DNA of 59,345 bases from contig JBBRLX010000028.1 of the NCBI GenBank assembly GCA_038231135.1, positions 1 to 59,345 on the forward strand, given 5' to 3'. How positions within the stretch are numbered: position 1 is the first letter of the stretch; every line of letters begins with the position of its first letter. This document shows positions 36,353 through 44,914 of the stretch, piece after piece. A program made the translations under genes and the position numbers. The notes under the pieces were generated by a model. That model worked only from the letters and a program-made list of their open reading frames with translations, had not been told where the DNA came from and did not search any database. This stretch comes from Candidatus Eiseniibacteriota bacterium. Lineage in GTDB: Bacteria; Eisenbacteria; RBG-16-71-46.

Positions 36353-37137
36353 CGTCCACCCTCCTTTACGCGCCGCGACCAGCCCGTGACCATCGAGCGG
36401 AACGTGTCCCAACCGTCCGCGATCACGAGCCCCACGTGCGGCAGGATGAATCCGCCCAGCGCGAGCATGCAGCCGAAGTGGATGACGCGAGCGACGTCGT
36501 AATTCACGAACAGCCGCTCGAGCCAGCCGAGTTGCACCGGCTTGTGCATCGCCCAGCCCGTCAGCACCATCAGCGTACCCAGCACCGGCATCGCAAAGTA
36601 CGCCGAGCGCTGGAGCGCATTGTACTTGGAGCGGATCACGGGATGCGGCCACGGCCGGCGCAGGATCGCCATCGGGATCACGCCGAGATAGAAGCGGATC
36701 ATCGCCAGCGACTCCGCCACGTCGCTCGGACGCGGCAGCAGCGCGCGAAAACCGCCGCCCGCGAGCAGCCCGATCCCGTAGAGCGCGCCGTTCGCCATGA
36801 ACAGGTAGGCGAGCAGCCAGTGGAGACGCAGCGCCCGCGCCAGCTCGCGCGTGCCGAGCGCCATGTGGTCGTAGAGCCAGGAGTGCGGGTCGCCGTCGTG
36901 CAGCGCGCGGGAGATCCAGGCGCCCAGGTCCACCAGGTAGTCGCGGCTCATGGTGACGGGATCGCGCGGATGCATGAACACCGGCGCCGCCCAGTAGATC
37001 GACAACCCACTGGCGATCAGTCCGAGCAGCAGCGGCACGTTGATCCAGTGCGTGAGCCGGACGAGGACGTGGTGCTTCGGCACCACGCGCACGCGATCGG
37101 AGGCGGGCGTCGCCTGGGACCGCGCTTCAACGGTCAT
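36349..37137 (-). CDS. Cytochrome b/b6-type membrane subunit (partner of the Mo oxidoreductase)
   Basis: VRLTHWIN...SGL.IY, LHW, KYNALQR, RVIHF...H heme-ligand pattern. Confidence 0.85.
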   Translation of the reverse strand: MTVEARSQATPASDRVRVVPKHHVLVRLTHWINVPLLLGLIASGLSIYWAAPVFMHPRDPVTMSRDYLVDLGAWISRALHDGDPHSWLYDHMALGTRELARALRLHWLLAYLFMANGALYGIGLLAGGGFRALLPRPSDVAESLAMIRFYLGVIPMAILRRPWPHPVIRSKYNALQRSAYFAMPVLGTLMVLTGWAMHKPVQLGWLERLFVNYDVARVIHFGCMLALGGFILPHVGLVIADGWDTFRSMVTGWSRRVKEGGR

Positions 37138-37235
37138 AGCGGAAGTCCTCGGGGCGGAATGACGGTGCTCACGAACGGGATACGGAACGGCACAGGCCGC
37201 GTGACGCCCGCGCCGTTCCGGATCCTACCGCACCT

Positions 37236-38636
37236 CTACCCCACTTCGAAGACCTCCGCCCGGAACCACGCCGGCTCGGCCGGAACCGGCGGCTCGATCC
37301 ACAGTTCGCCGAGCACGCACGCGTCGTCGCCGGGGTTCCACTGCACGCCGTCCTTCCAGCGCCACAGCAACCGCCGCGGGCCGAGTCGCGCGCGATCCTG
37401 GCGCATGAGCAGGCCGGCCGCGGCGCCGGCTTCGAGGCCCGACGTCATGGCGACGCGCCGCGACAGCTCGTCGAGGTCGGTGCCGTCGTGGCGATGGAGC
37501 GCCGCCACCACCGCATCCACCAGCGGCTTCACCAGCGCCGCAGCATCGGCTACGGGCCCCGGACCGGTCTGAACATGGAGCCGCACACCGAACCACCCAG
37601 CGTAGTCCGGCCCGGGAAGCTCCACGGGCGATTCGTGCAGCGCGCGCCACAGCGCGGTCACCCGCAACGGGGCCCGCGAGCTGTCGAGTGGCACACGCTC
37701 CCAGCGCGCGAGCGTGCGGCCCGCGCTCCAGCGGGCGGGCGGCACTGCGGCGTCGATCATCGCGTAGTGATGTTGATGCGGGAACGTGCGCCGGTCCGGC
37801 GAGGGCTCGGGAGGCTCGAACCGCCGCTCGAACCGCAGCCCGCGCAGCGTGGCGCGGCGGAACCGGTGCATGCCCACGTTGTAGAACAGCACGTTCTCGG
37901 TATCCGCCAGCTCGTCGCGCTCGGAGACGTACACCGCATGGAGGATGCGGGCGCCGTCGGAGTCGAGCAGCGTCACCGCATTCGCGAGCGCATTCCGCAA
38001 TCGCAGCATGTCTCCGCGCGGCTCGAACGTGAGGCGCGACGGACACCACGCCCGCACGACCGCGGCGACGGGGTCCGCCTGCAGCACGAATCCCTGCGAG
38101 ATCTGGAGCACAGGCACCAAAGATGCCGGCCGTGCGTCGCGCCGCTCGTGCTGCGAAGGCGAAGCCGGCGCCAGCTCGGCGAGGCTGCGTACCAGATGGG
38201 GTTCGCTGCGACACGGTCCGAACACCTTGCCGCGGGTTTGGATGGCGACGATCAGTTCCGGGAGATCTTCGCTCCACAGCTTTCGCAGCGACAGCGGCCC
38301 CGGAGCGACGCGCAGCATCGACGCCAGCCACGGACACGTCGCGAGATCGTGGATCGGGCACAGCCGCGGCTCGCGACCGCCATAGTCGTTGTAGAGATAG
38401 CCCCGGCGCCGATCGATGACTTCCTGCAACTCTTCGCGGGTGGTGATCGTCCTCAGCACGGCGGTCTCCCGCGGCGCTCCGTCCTGCGGCACGGAGCCCA
38501 TCCCCTGGGCGGATCGCCGCGGCGCCGATGCGCAGATCGGAGGCGCGGGATCGTGAGCGCGATTCGTGGTCGGCGGCGGAACGGACTCGAACTCGGGCTC
38601 GACGAGCGTCGCCAGGACATCGTGTCGGCCGGTCAT
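37236..38636 (-). CDS. Hypothetical protein
   Basis: Long ORF with GGAG RBS before MTGRHD; no confident family. Confidence 0.6.
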   Translation of the reverse strand: MTGRHDVLATLVEPEFESVPPPTTNRAHDPAPPICASAPRRSAQGMGSVPQDGAPRETAVLRTITTREELQEVIDRRRGYLYNDYGGREPRLCPIHDLATCPWLASMLRVAPGPLSLRKLWSEDLPELIVAIQTRGKVFGPCRSEPHLVRSLAELAPASPSQHERRDARPASLVPVLQISQGFVLQADPVAAVVRAWCPSRLTFEPRGDMLRLRNALANAVTLLDSDGARILHAVYVSERDELADTENVLFYNVGMHRFRRATLRGLRFERRFEPPEPSPDRRTFPHQHHYAMIDAAVPPARWSAGRTLARWERVPLDSSRAPLRVTALWRALHESPVELPGPDYAGWFGVRLHVQTGPGPVADAAALVKPLVDAVVAALHRHDGTDLDELSRRVAMTSGLEAGAAAGLLMRQDRARLGPRRLLWRWKDGVQWNPGDDACVLGELWIEPPVPAEPAWFRAEVFEVG

Positions 38637-38924
38637 CAGGCAGCTCCGGGTCGCAAACCGTGAGGATCCGATACGGCAGCGACACACAACGGCAATATGA
38701 GTGCCGGGATGCGGGACGGCGCGTTAACGGTCATTTTGGCAGCGGGTTCGTGGCGGGAATGTGGATTGCGCACTCGCGAGATTCTGCGCGTGGCTCGAAA
38801 TCTGTCGTCGCAGGACGACACCACAGCCCCCCGGAATTCCTTTACTCACGCTGACATTGCGATCCTGTCCGCCGGGGTCACGCAGCGCTGCGGCCCACGG
38901 CGAACGGCGGGGCGGTTCGAACGC

Positions 38925-40559
38925 TCAGCCTGGGGGAGGGACGAAGCCTCTCGCGCGCAGCAACGCGGCGACGCGGCGGCGCGCCAGGTTCTCGGGCGGC
39001 TCGTTCCAGCGGTTGAACGAAGGCTCACGCGCGGCGCCGGCGTCGAGCAGCTGCTCGATCACCGCACAGTAGTCGTCGTCCGCGCGCCGGCAATGGGTGG
39101 ACCCGTGCGCCGCCCATGCCAGCGGCGAACTGCCGAACTGGCGATCGCGCGCGTCGATCGGCGCGCCGAGCTCGAGCAGCAGCCGCACCATGCCGGGATT
39201 CCCGAACCACGCCGCGCGATGGAGCGGCGTGCCGCCGTCCGACCCCTCGCGGCCCAGATCGAATTTCAGCTGCGCCATGAGCCGCACCGCGTCGAGCCTG
39301 CCGTCGCGAGCCGCCTGCACGAACAGGTCGTGGGCGGCGATGGTGGCGATCGCGTCCGGATGTTCGGCCAGCAGCCGCCGCGCCGTGGCTTCGTCCCCGG
39401 CCATGAGCGCGCCCAGCAGCTCGTCGACCGGCGTGATCACGCTCACGTCGGCACCATGGGCCCGCATCGCCTCGGCGACGCCACGGTTTCCGGTTCGCAC
39501 CGCGAGCGCATACGGGGTGCGGCCGTCGGCGCGCGGCCGGTTGGGATCGGCGCCGTGCGCGAGGAACAGCTCCGCGAGTGCCGCGCCGCGATTGTTGCGC
39601 GCGACCAGATGCAGCGGCGTCTCGCGGACGTGGTAGCACGGCACGTTCGGATCGGCCCCGTGCTCGAGCAGCCAGCGCGTGCCGCGTACCATCGCCGCCG
39701 AGGCGTCGCTGCCTTCCTCGGCTCCGGTGATGAAATACAGCGGCGTGTTGTTCCAGCGCGGGTCAGCCCGGCTCAGCTCCGCACCGTGCGCGAGCAACAG
39801 CTGGAGACAGTCCTCGTGGTCGTACTGCGCCGAATGGTAGACCGATTCGCTGTCATTGGGATTCGCGCCGCGTTCGAGCAGTTGGCGGACGATCCCGGGA
39901 TGATTCGCGACGCACGCGTAGTACAGCGCGCCCAGCCGGTCGTCCCGCCCGTCGCCCTCCCACCGTGTCGAGCCGTTGGGATCGGCGCCCGCGTCCATCA
40001 GGAGTTCGGCGATGCGCTCACGGGCGGCAACGGCCTGGGGATCCTCGGCGGGCGCGGGAGCGCCGCACAGGTAGAGCAGCGGCGTCCATTCACCGGTGGC
40101 GTCCGTAGCGACGGCGAGACCCGGATCGGCGGCGAGCGCGGGCTCCACGATATCGAGCGCACCCGTGCAGCACGCGGTCATGAACGTCGCCCGTGCGATC
40201 TCCGGATGGCGTGTGGCGAGGCGCCGCGCCCCATCGCGGTCCTGGTCGCGCACTGCCGCCAGATAGCGCTCGACCTGGGCGGACAGCGGCAGGGCATCCT
40301 CGACCCGGCGTTTGAGCGCGGGCCAGCTCGCGGCGCCATGTTCACGGGCGATGGCATGCTGCGCATCCGACAGCCGGACGGCGGCGGCGACCGCTGTAAC
40401 GGACAACTCGTGGAGCGCGGGCACGACGCGGCAGCGCGCGATCGCGGCCGGGTCGCCGGCGCGGGCGGTGCGCAGCAGCTCCTTCGCGCGCTTGCGAAGC
40501 AGTTCGAGGCTGGGAACGGCGGGAAGCTCGGAATGGAAATCGGCGGGCACGGCGGGCAT
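38925..40559 (-). CDS. Ankyrin-repeat protein with N-terminal LP..PSLE.LRKRAKELL module
   Basis: Multiple TPL../LL..GADPN repeats. GGAGG RBS. Confidence 0.9.
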   Translation of the reverse strand: MPAVPADFHSELPAVPSLELLRKRAKELLRTARAGDPAAIARCRVVPALHELSVTAVAAAVRLSDAQHAIAREHGAASWPALKRRVEDALPLSAQVERYLAAVRDQDRDGARRLATRHPEIARATFMTACCTGALDIVEPALAADPGLAVATDATGEWTPLLYLCGAPAPAEDPQAVAARERIAELLMDAGADPNGSTRWEGDGRDDRLGALYYACVANHPGIVRQLLERGANPNDSESVYHSAQYDHEDCLQLLLAHGAELSRADPRWNNTPLYFITGAEEGSDASAAMVRGTRWLLEHGADPNVPCYHVRETPLHLVARNNRGAALAELFLAHGADPNRPRADGRTPYALAVRTGNRGVAEAMRAHGADVSVITPVDELLGALMAGDEATARRLLAEHPDAIATIAAHDLFVQAARDGRLDAVRLMAQLKFDLGREGSDGGTPLHRAAWFGNPGMVRLLLELGAPIDARDRQFGSSPLAWAAHGSTHCRRADDDYCAVIEQLLDAGAAREPSFNRWNEPPENLARRRVAALLRARGFVPPPG

Positions 40560-40561
40560 GA

Positions 40562-40686
40562 CACGTCCTCCTGAATCGCGCCCGGAGTCCGCCGATCGGG
40601 CTGGAGTGACGTGGATGTTGGAGTGCTGCAGGAGTTCAGGTGGGATGGTCCCTGCCCGCGGACGGGATGCGCCCTGTGCGCGGGAC
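40562..40686 (-). promoter_or_regulatory. Candidate structured 5' leader RNA of the ankyrin gene
   Basis: Long-range GUCCGC/GCGGAC pairing, plus CCUGAA/UUCAGG pairing that overlaps the RBS. Confidence 0.4.
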
Positions 40687-40789
40687 TATTGAAGCAGACG
40701 CGAGGCAGGCGGCGCAAGAGCGCTCAGTGCGGGGGCGGCCCTGACGTTTCGGGTCTAGCTGGAATGCCCGTTTGCGTGCGATCGCTCTC

Positions 40790-40941
40790 ACATGCCTGCC
40801 CGCTACGAGCACGAGCTTCACGTAGCGCTCACCGATCGCGTCGAGGTCGGAAGCGGCGGACGTTTGTGCGCGCGGCTCGCATGACGACAGCACGGCGAGC
40901 ACCAACGAATGCAGCGTCACGACACATGAAATCCCGCGCAA
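40790..40941 (-). pseudogene. Truncated lipoprotein gene remnant
   Basis: GGAGGT RBS + TTG start, hydrophobic leader with VLSSC lipobox, then DLDAIGERYVKLVL, after which the frame loses protein-like character. Confidence 0.4.
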
Positions 40942-40961
40942 GCGACGACCTCCGCAGAAAC

Positions 40962-41777
40962 CTAGGCGATGCCTTCGAACAAATCGGTCTCGCGCGCGCG
41001 GCCGCCGTTCACGACGCTCGAGGCGCGGTAGAACATCTGCGTGCCCCACAGCGCCTGGTGATGCTCGGGTGACAGCTCGGCGAGCGCGCGATACTGGCCG
41101 ATCTGGCTGCGATGGCAGTTCACGGCCTTCCACACCTGCGGCCATACGGCGAGTGTGTCGATCCACGTGGTGATCGACCAGTCCGGCCACGGCATCGCTT
41201 CGCGCTCCGCGCCGTCGACCTTGCTGACGAGTTTCTTGAACGCCTGTTGATACGCCGCCCAGCGCCCGGACGAGGTCGCCATGTAATAGAGTTTGGACAC
41301 GCGATGGGGAGCGGCGGCGGTGCCGTCGGAGAACGACGGATCCGCGGCCACGGTCACGGCGGCGGTGGTGAACTGGCAGATCGCGATGTGATCGGGGTGG
41401 CCATAGGCGCCCCAGGGGTCGAACGTGATCACGACCTGCGGCCGCACGCGGCGAATGTGGGACACGATGCGGCCGATCGCCTCGACGGGGTCGGCCTGAT
41501 CGAGCGCCGCATCGATGTAGCCGAGCAGGCTCACCTCGCGGACGCCGAGCTCGGCGGCGGCGGCGCGCAGCTCGGCTTCGCGGATGCGGCCGAGCGCCTC
41601 GGGGCCGGGATGGGGCTCGGAGCCGTCGCCAAACCGTCCCCGCTCGCCGCGCGTTCCGGCGACGATGTGGGTCTCGACGCCCGCGCCGGAATATTTCGCG
41701 AGCGTGCCGCCCAGCCCGAGCGACTCGTCGTCGGGATGCGCCGTCACCGCCATCAGTCGTCGCCGCTCGGAACCCAC
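40962..41777 (-). CDS. PIG-L family deacetylase (MshB/BshB-like)
   Basis: AHPDDE, TRGERG, R.AEL, YGHPDH, H.SQ motifs. Confidence 0.9.
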   Translation of the reverse strand: MGSERRRLMAVTAHPDDESLGLGGTLAKYSGAGVETHIVAGTRGERGRFGDGSEPHPGPEALGRIREAELRAAAAELGVREVSLLGYIDAALDQADPVEAIGRIVSHIRRVRPQVVITFDPWGAYGHPDHIAICQFTTAAVTVAADPSFSDGTAAAPHRVSKLYYMATSSGRWAAYQQAFKKLVSKVDGAEREAMPWPDWSITTWIDTLAVWPQVWKAVNCHRSQIGQYRALAELSPEHHQALWGTQMFYRASSVVNGGRARETDLFEGIA

Positions 41778-41838
41778 GACACCCTCCCGCGCGGGATGTA
41801 ACTCCCGCCCGGGACGAACGTCAAAGCGGCGGCAGGAT

Positions 41839-44802
41839 CTAGTGAACGACGGTGACGCGCGTGCCCGCGACGCGCGCGCCCTGGCGCAACCGCACGAAAT
41901 ACACGCCGGCCGGCAGCGGCCTCACGGAATCGAGCTCGAGCGAATGGCTGCCCGGACCGAAGCCGTCGAGCTTGCGGAACTGCGCGCGCCGGCCGGCGAT
42001 GTCGACCAGCTCGATCGACGCGGGCTCCCACGTGGGCAGCACGAACGACACCCGCAGGTGGTCGCTGACCGGATTCGGCGCCATGCGGGCCGCGAGCTCG
42101 GCGCCGGACGCAGAGCGATTCGGCACATCGACGGACGGATCGCCGGCGCCCGTCCACATACGGGTGCCGGCGCCGTTCAACCGCTGGCCATAGATGCGGA
42201 ACTCGGCAGGATTCCGGCCGTCCTGCCACGCCGCCACGACACCGCCCGCGCCGTCGGGCGCGATCGACAGCGCTAGCTGCGGGCTGCCGGCGGTCGCCAG
42301 CGGCAGGCCGTTCGCGGCCCACTTCACGACGCCCGTGGAATCGAGCCGCTGCGCGTACACGACCGGCGCTCCCGGCGTGAGGCGTTCGTCAGACCAGCCG
42401 AACACCGCTCCCGCGGCGCCGTCCGCGACGAGGGACGGGTGCGTCTGGGCGTTGGCCGCGGTGCAGACGGCGACGCCGGTCGCCGCCCAGGCCAGGGTGC
42501 CGTTCGACTTCAGGCGCTGGCCATAGATGTCGCTCGAGCTGCCGCGATTGTCGCTCCACGTGACGATCGCGCCGCCCGCACCGCTGGCCACGATGACCGG
42601 GGCGAGCTGGTTGCCGGCCGACGTGTTCACCACCACGCCGTTCGCCGCCCACTTCACGGCGCCGGTTGAATCGATACGCTGCGCGTATAGATCCGTGATG
42701 CCGGAGGCCGCGCGCTCGTCCTGCCACCCGAGAATCGCGCCGCGCGCGCCGTCGGTGGCGACCGCCACGGCCGATTGCTGATTCGCGGCGCTGCACACCG
42801 GCACGCCGGCCGCGGTCCAGCCGAGCGTTCCTGCGGCGGTCACCCGCTGGGCGTAGATGTTGCCGGGATCGGCCGAACGGAAGTCGGTCCACGCCATGAT
42901 CGCGCTGCCCGGACTCGCGAGCACCAATCGCGGGCGGTACTGATCGCCCACGGAGGCGTTCACCGCGACACCGTTCGCGGCCCACACCGGCGCGCCGGCC
43001 GCCGACACGCGCTGGGCGTAGATGTCGGAGTTCACGCCGCCCCGCCAGTCCTCCCACGTGAGGATCGCGCCGCCCGCGCCGTCCGCGATCATGTCGAGCT
43101 CGTCCTGATCGTCCGTCGCGGTGCACACAGGGATGCCGTCCGCCGCCCACTGGCGCACACCCGCGGCGTTGAGCCGCTGCGCATACAGGTCTCCGAAATA
43201 CCCCGTCGTGGCGCTGCGGCCGTCGTACCAGGCGACGATCACCCCGCCCGCGCCGTCGGCGATCACGTGCGGCACCTGCTGCGTGCCCGCGGCCGCGCAC
43301 ACGCGCACGGCGGGCGACCACAGGAACGCGCCGGAGGCGTTCCAGTGCTGGGCATAGATGTCGTAGGCGCCGTTGCGCTTCTCCTGCCATACGAGGAACC
43401 CGCCGCCCGCGCCATCGGCGGCCACGGCCGGATTGCGTTCGATGCCGGGCACGATTCGCACGGGCACGCCGTTGATGGCCCATTGCGGGGCGCCCGCCGC
43501 CGTGATGCGCTGGGCGTAGGTGTCGGCATCGGTGGCGCGGTGATCCTCCCACGCCATGACCATTCCCCCGACGCCGTCAGCCGCGATCTCCGGATAGAGT
43601 TGCTCATCGATCGCCCTGCTCACGGGCACGCCGCCCGCCGTCCACTGCGGAACACCCGCGGCGTTCACGCGCTGGGAGTAGACGCTCGAGCTGCCGTCCC
43701 GCGGATCGTTCCATGCGATCAGCGCTCCGTCCGTGGCGTCGTGCGCCAGCGTCTGACCCTCGCCCAGGTCCGACAGCGCGACGCCGTTGACGGTCCAGGC
43801 GCGGGCGCCGGTGGCGCCGGCCAGCTTCTGCGCGAAGACCGCGTAGCGCCAATCGTCCCAGGCCGCGATCATCGCCGTGGTTCCGTTCGCGATGACGTGC
43901 GGCCGGGACTGGCCGTTGGTGTCGGTGATCAGTGCGACATCGGCCGCCCAGTTCGCGCTGCCGTCGGCGGCGACCAGATGGTTCGCGCGCGCCTGGGTGA
44001 ACAGATCGTCGCGGTCGTCCTCCCACACGACGTACAGGCCGCCGCTGCCGTCGGCGGCCAGATCCGGCGAACTCTGGTCGCCGGTCGCCACCACCACCGG
44101 CTTGCCGGCGCTTGCCCACACGCGCGCGCCCACCGCGGTGAGCCGCTGGGCATAGAGATCGTAGGTGAAGCTCGCCGTGAGCAGGCTCCAAACCACGAGC
44201 GCGCCGCCCTTCTGGTCGGCGATGATCGCCGGCTCGTACTGCTCGGCGCTCTGCGACGCCACCAGTATCCCGGGAGCACCCCACTTCCGGGTGCCGACCG
44301 AGTCGATGCGCTGGCCGTAGATCGCGATCGTGGGATTGCGCAGGTCCTCCCACGCCACGAACGCGCCGCCCGTGCCGTCGCTTGCGACCGTGGGTCCGGT
44401 TCCCGCGCTGGCGGCCGTGGTGACCGGGAATCCATCGAGCGTCCAGATCGGCGAGCCGGACGAATTCAGCCGTTGCGTGTAGATGACGCTGGTGCCCGAG
44501 CGCAGGTCCTCCCACACCACGATCACGCCGCCCGCGCCGTCGGTGGTGAGCTCGGGATTCGTCTGATCGCCGGCCGCCTTGCAGGCCGGCAACCCGGACG
44601 TCGGCCACAGCGCCACACCCGTGGAATTCAGGTGCTGGACGTAGATGTCGGCGTTGCCGTTCCGGGTCTCGACCCAGGTGTTGTAGAGGCCGCCGCCGCC
44701 ATCCGAGACGGTGGCCGCCGCCGAGGCCAGGGCGGGCACACACGCCGCCAGGCCCAGCCAGAGCACGGTTATCGATCGCAAGTGTCTGAATGACAATGAC
44801 AT
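41839..44802 (-). CDS. Large secreted repeat (beta-propeller-like) protein with sorting-type C-terminus
   Basis: About 14 repeats of DGAGG.IV.W.D.R....DIYAQR.....G...W; signal peptide; C-terminal PNP...DIAGR...AGVYFVRL. Confidence 0.85.
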   Translation of the reverse strand: MSLSFRHLRSITVLWLGLAACVPALASAAATVSDGGGGLYNTWVETRNGNADIYVQHLNSTGVALWPTSGLPACKAAGDQTNPELTTDGAGGVIVVWEDLRSGTSVIYTQRLNSSGSPIWTLDGFPVTTAASAGTGPTVASDGTGGAFVAWEDLRNPTIAIYGQRIDSVGTRKWGAPGILVASQSAEQYEPAIIADQKGGALVVWSLLTASFTYDLYAQRLTAVGARVWASAGKPVVVATGDQSSPDLAADGSGGLYVVWEDDRDDLFTQARANHLVAADGSANWAADVALITDTNGQSRPHVIANGTTAMIAAWDDWRYAVFAQKLAGATGARAWTVNGVALSDLGEGQTLAHDATDGALIAWNDPRDGSSSVYSQRVNAAGVPQWTAGGVPVSRAIDEQLYPEIAADGVGGMVMAWEDHRATDADTYAQRITAAGAPQWAINGVPVRIVPGIERNPAVAADGAGGGFLVWQEKRNGAYDIYAQHWNASGAFLWSPAVRVCAAAGTQQVPHVIADGAGGVIVAWYDGRSATTGYFGDLYAQRLNAAGVRQWAADGIPVCTATDDQDELDMIADGAGGAILTWEDWRGGVNSDIYAQRVSAAGAPVWAANGVAVNASVGDQYRPRLVLASPGSAIMAWTDFRSADPGNIYAQRVTAAGTLGWTAAGVPVCSAANQQSAVAVATDGARGAILGWQDERAASGITDLYAQRIDSTGAVKWAANGVVVNTSAGNQLAPVIVASGAGGAIVTWSDNRGSSSDIYGQRLKSNGTLAWAATGVAVCTAANAQTHPSLVADGAAGAVFGWSDERLTPGAPVVYAQRLDSTGVVKWAANGLPLATAGSPQLALSIAPDGAGGVVAAWQDGRNPAEFRIYGQRLNGAGTRMWTGAGDPSVDVPNRSASGAELAARMAPNPVSDHLRVSFVLPTWEPASIELVDIAGRRAQFRKLDGFGPGSHSLELDSVRPLPAGVYFVRLRQGARVAGTRVTVVH

Positions 44803-44914
44803 GAGGCCTTCGCGAGATGGTGGATTCGAGGGTGTGGGAAGGTCGGGATGCTAAATTGTAGCATCGCGCGGGAGTTATCGATGCAACAAGGCCGTTTTCC
44901 CAGGCCTGGCAGCC

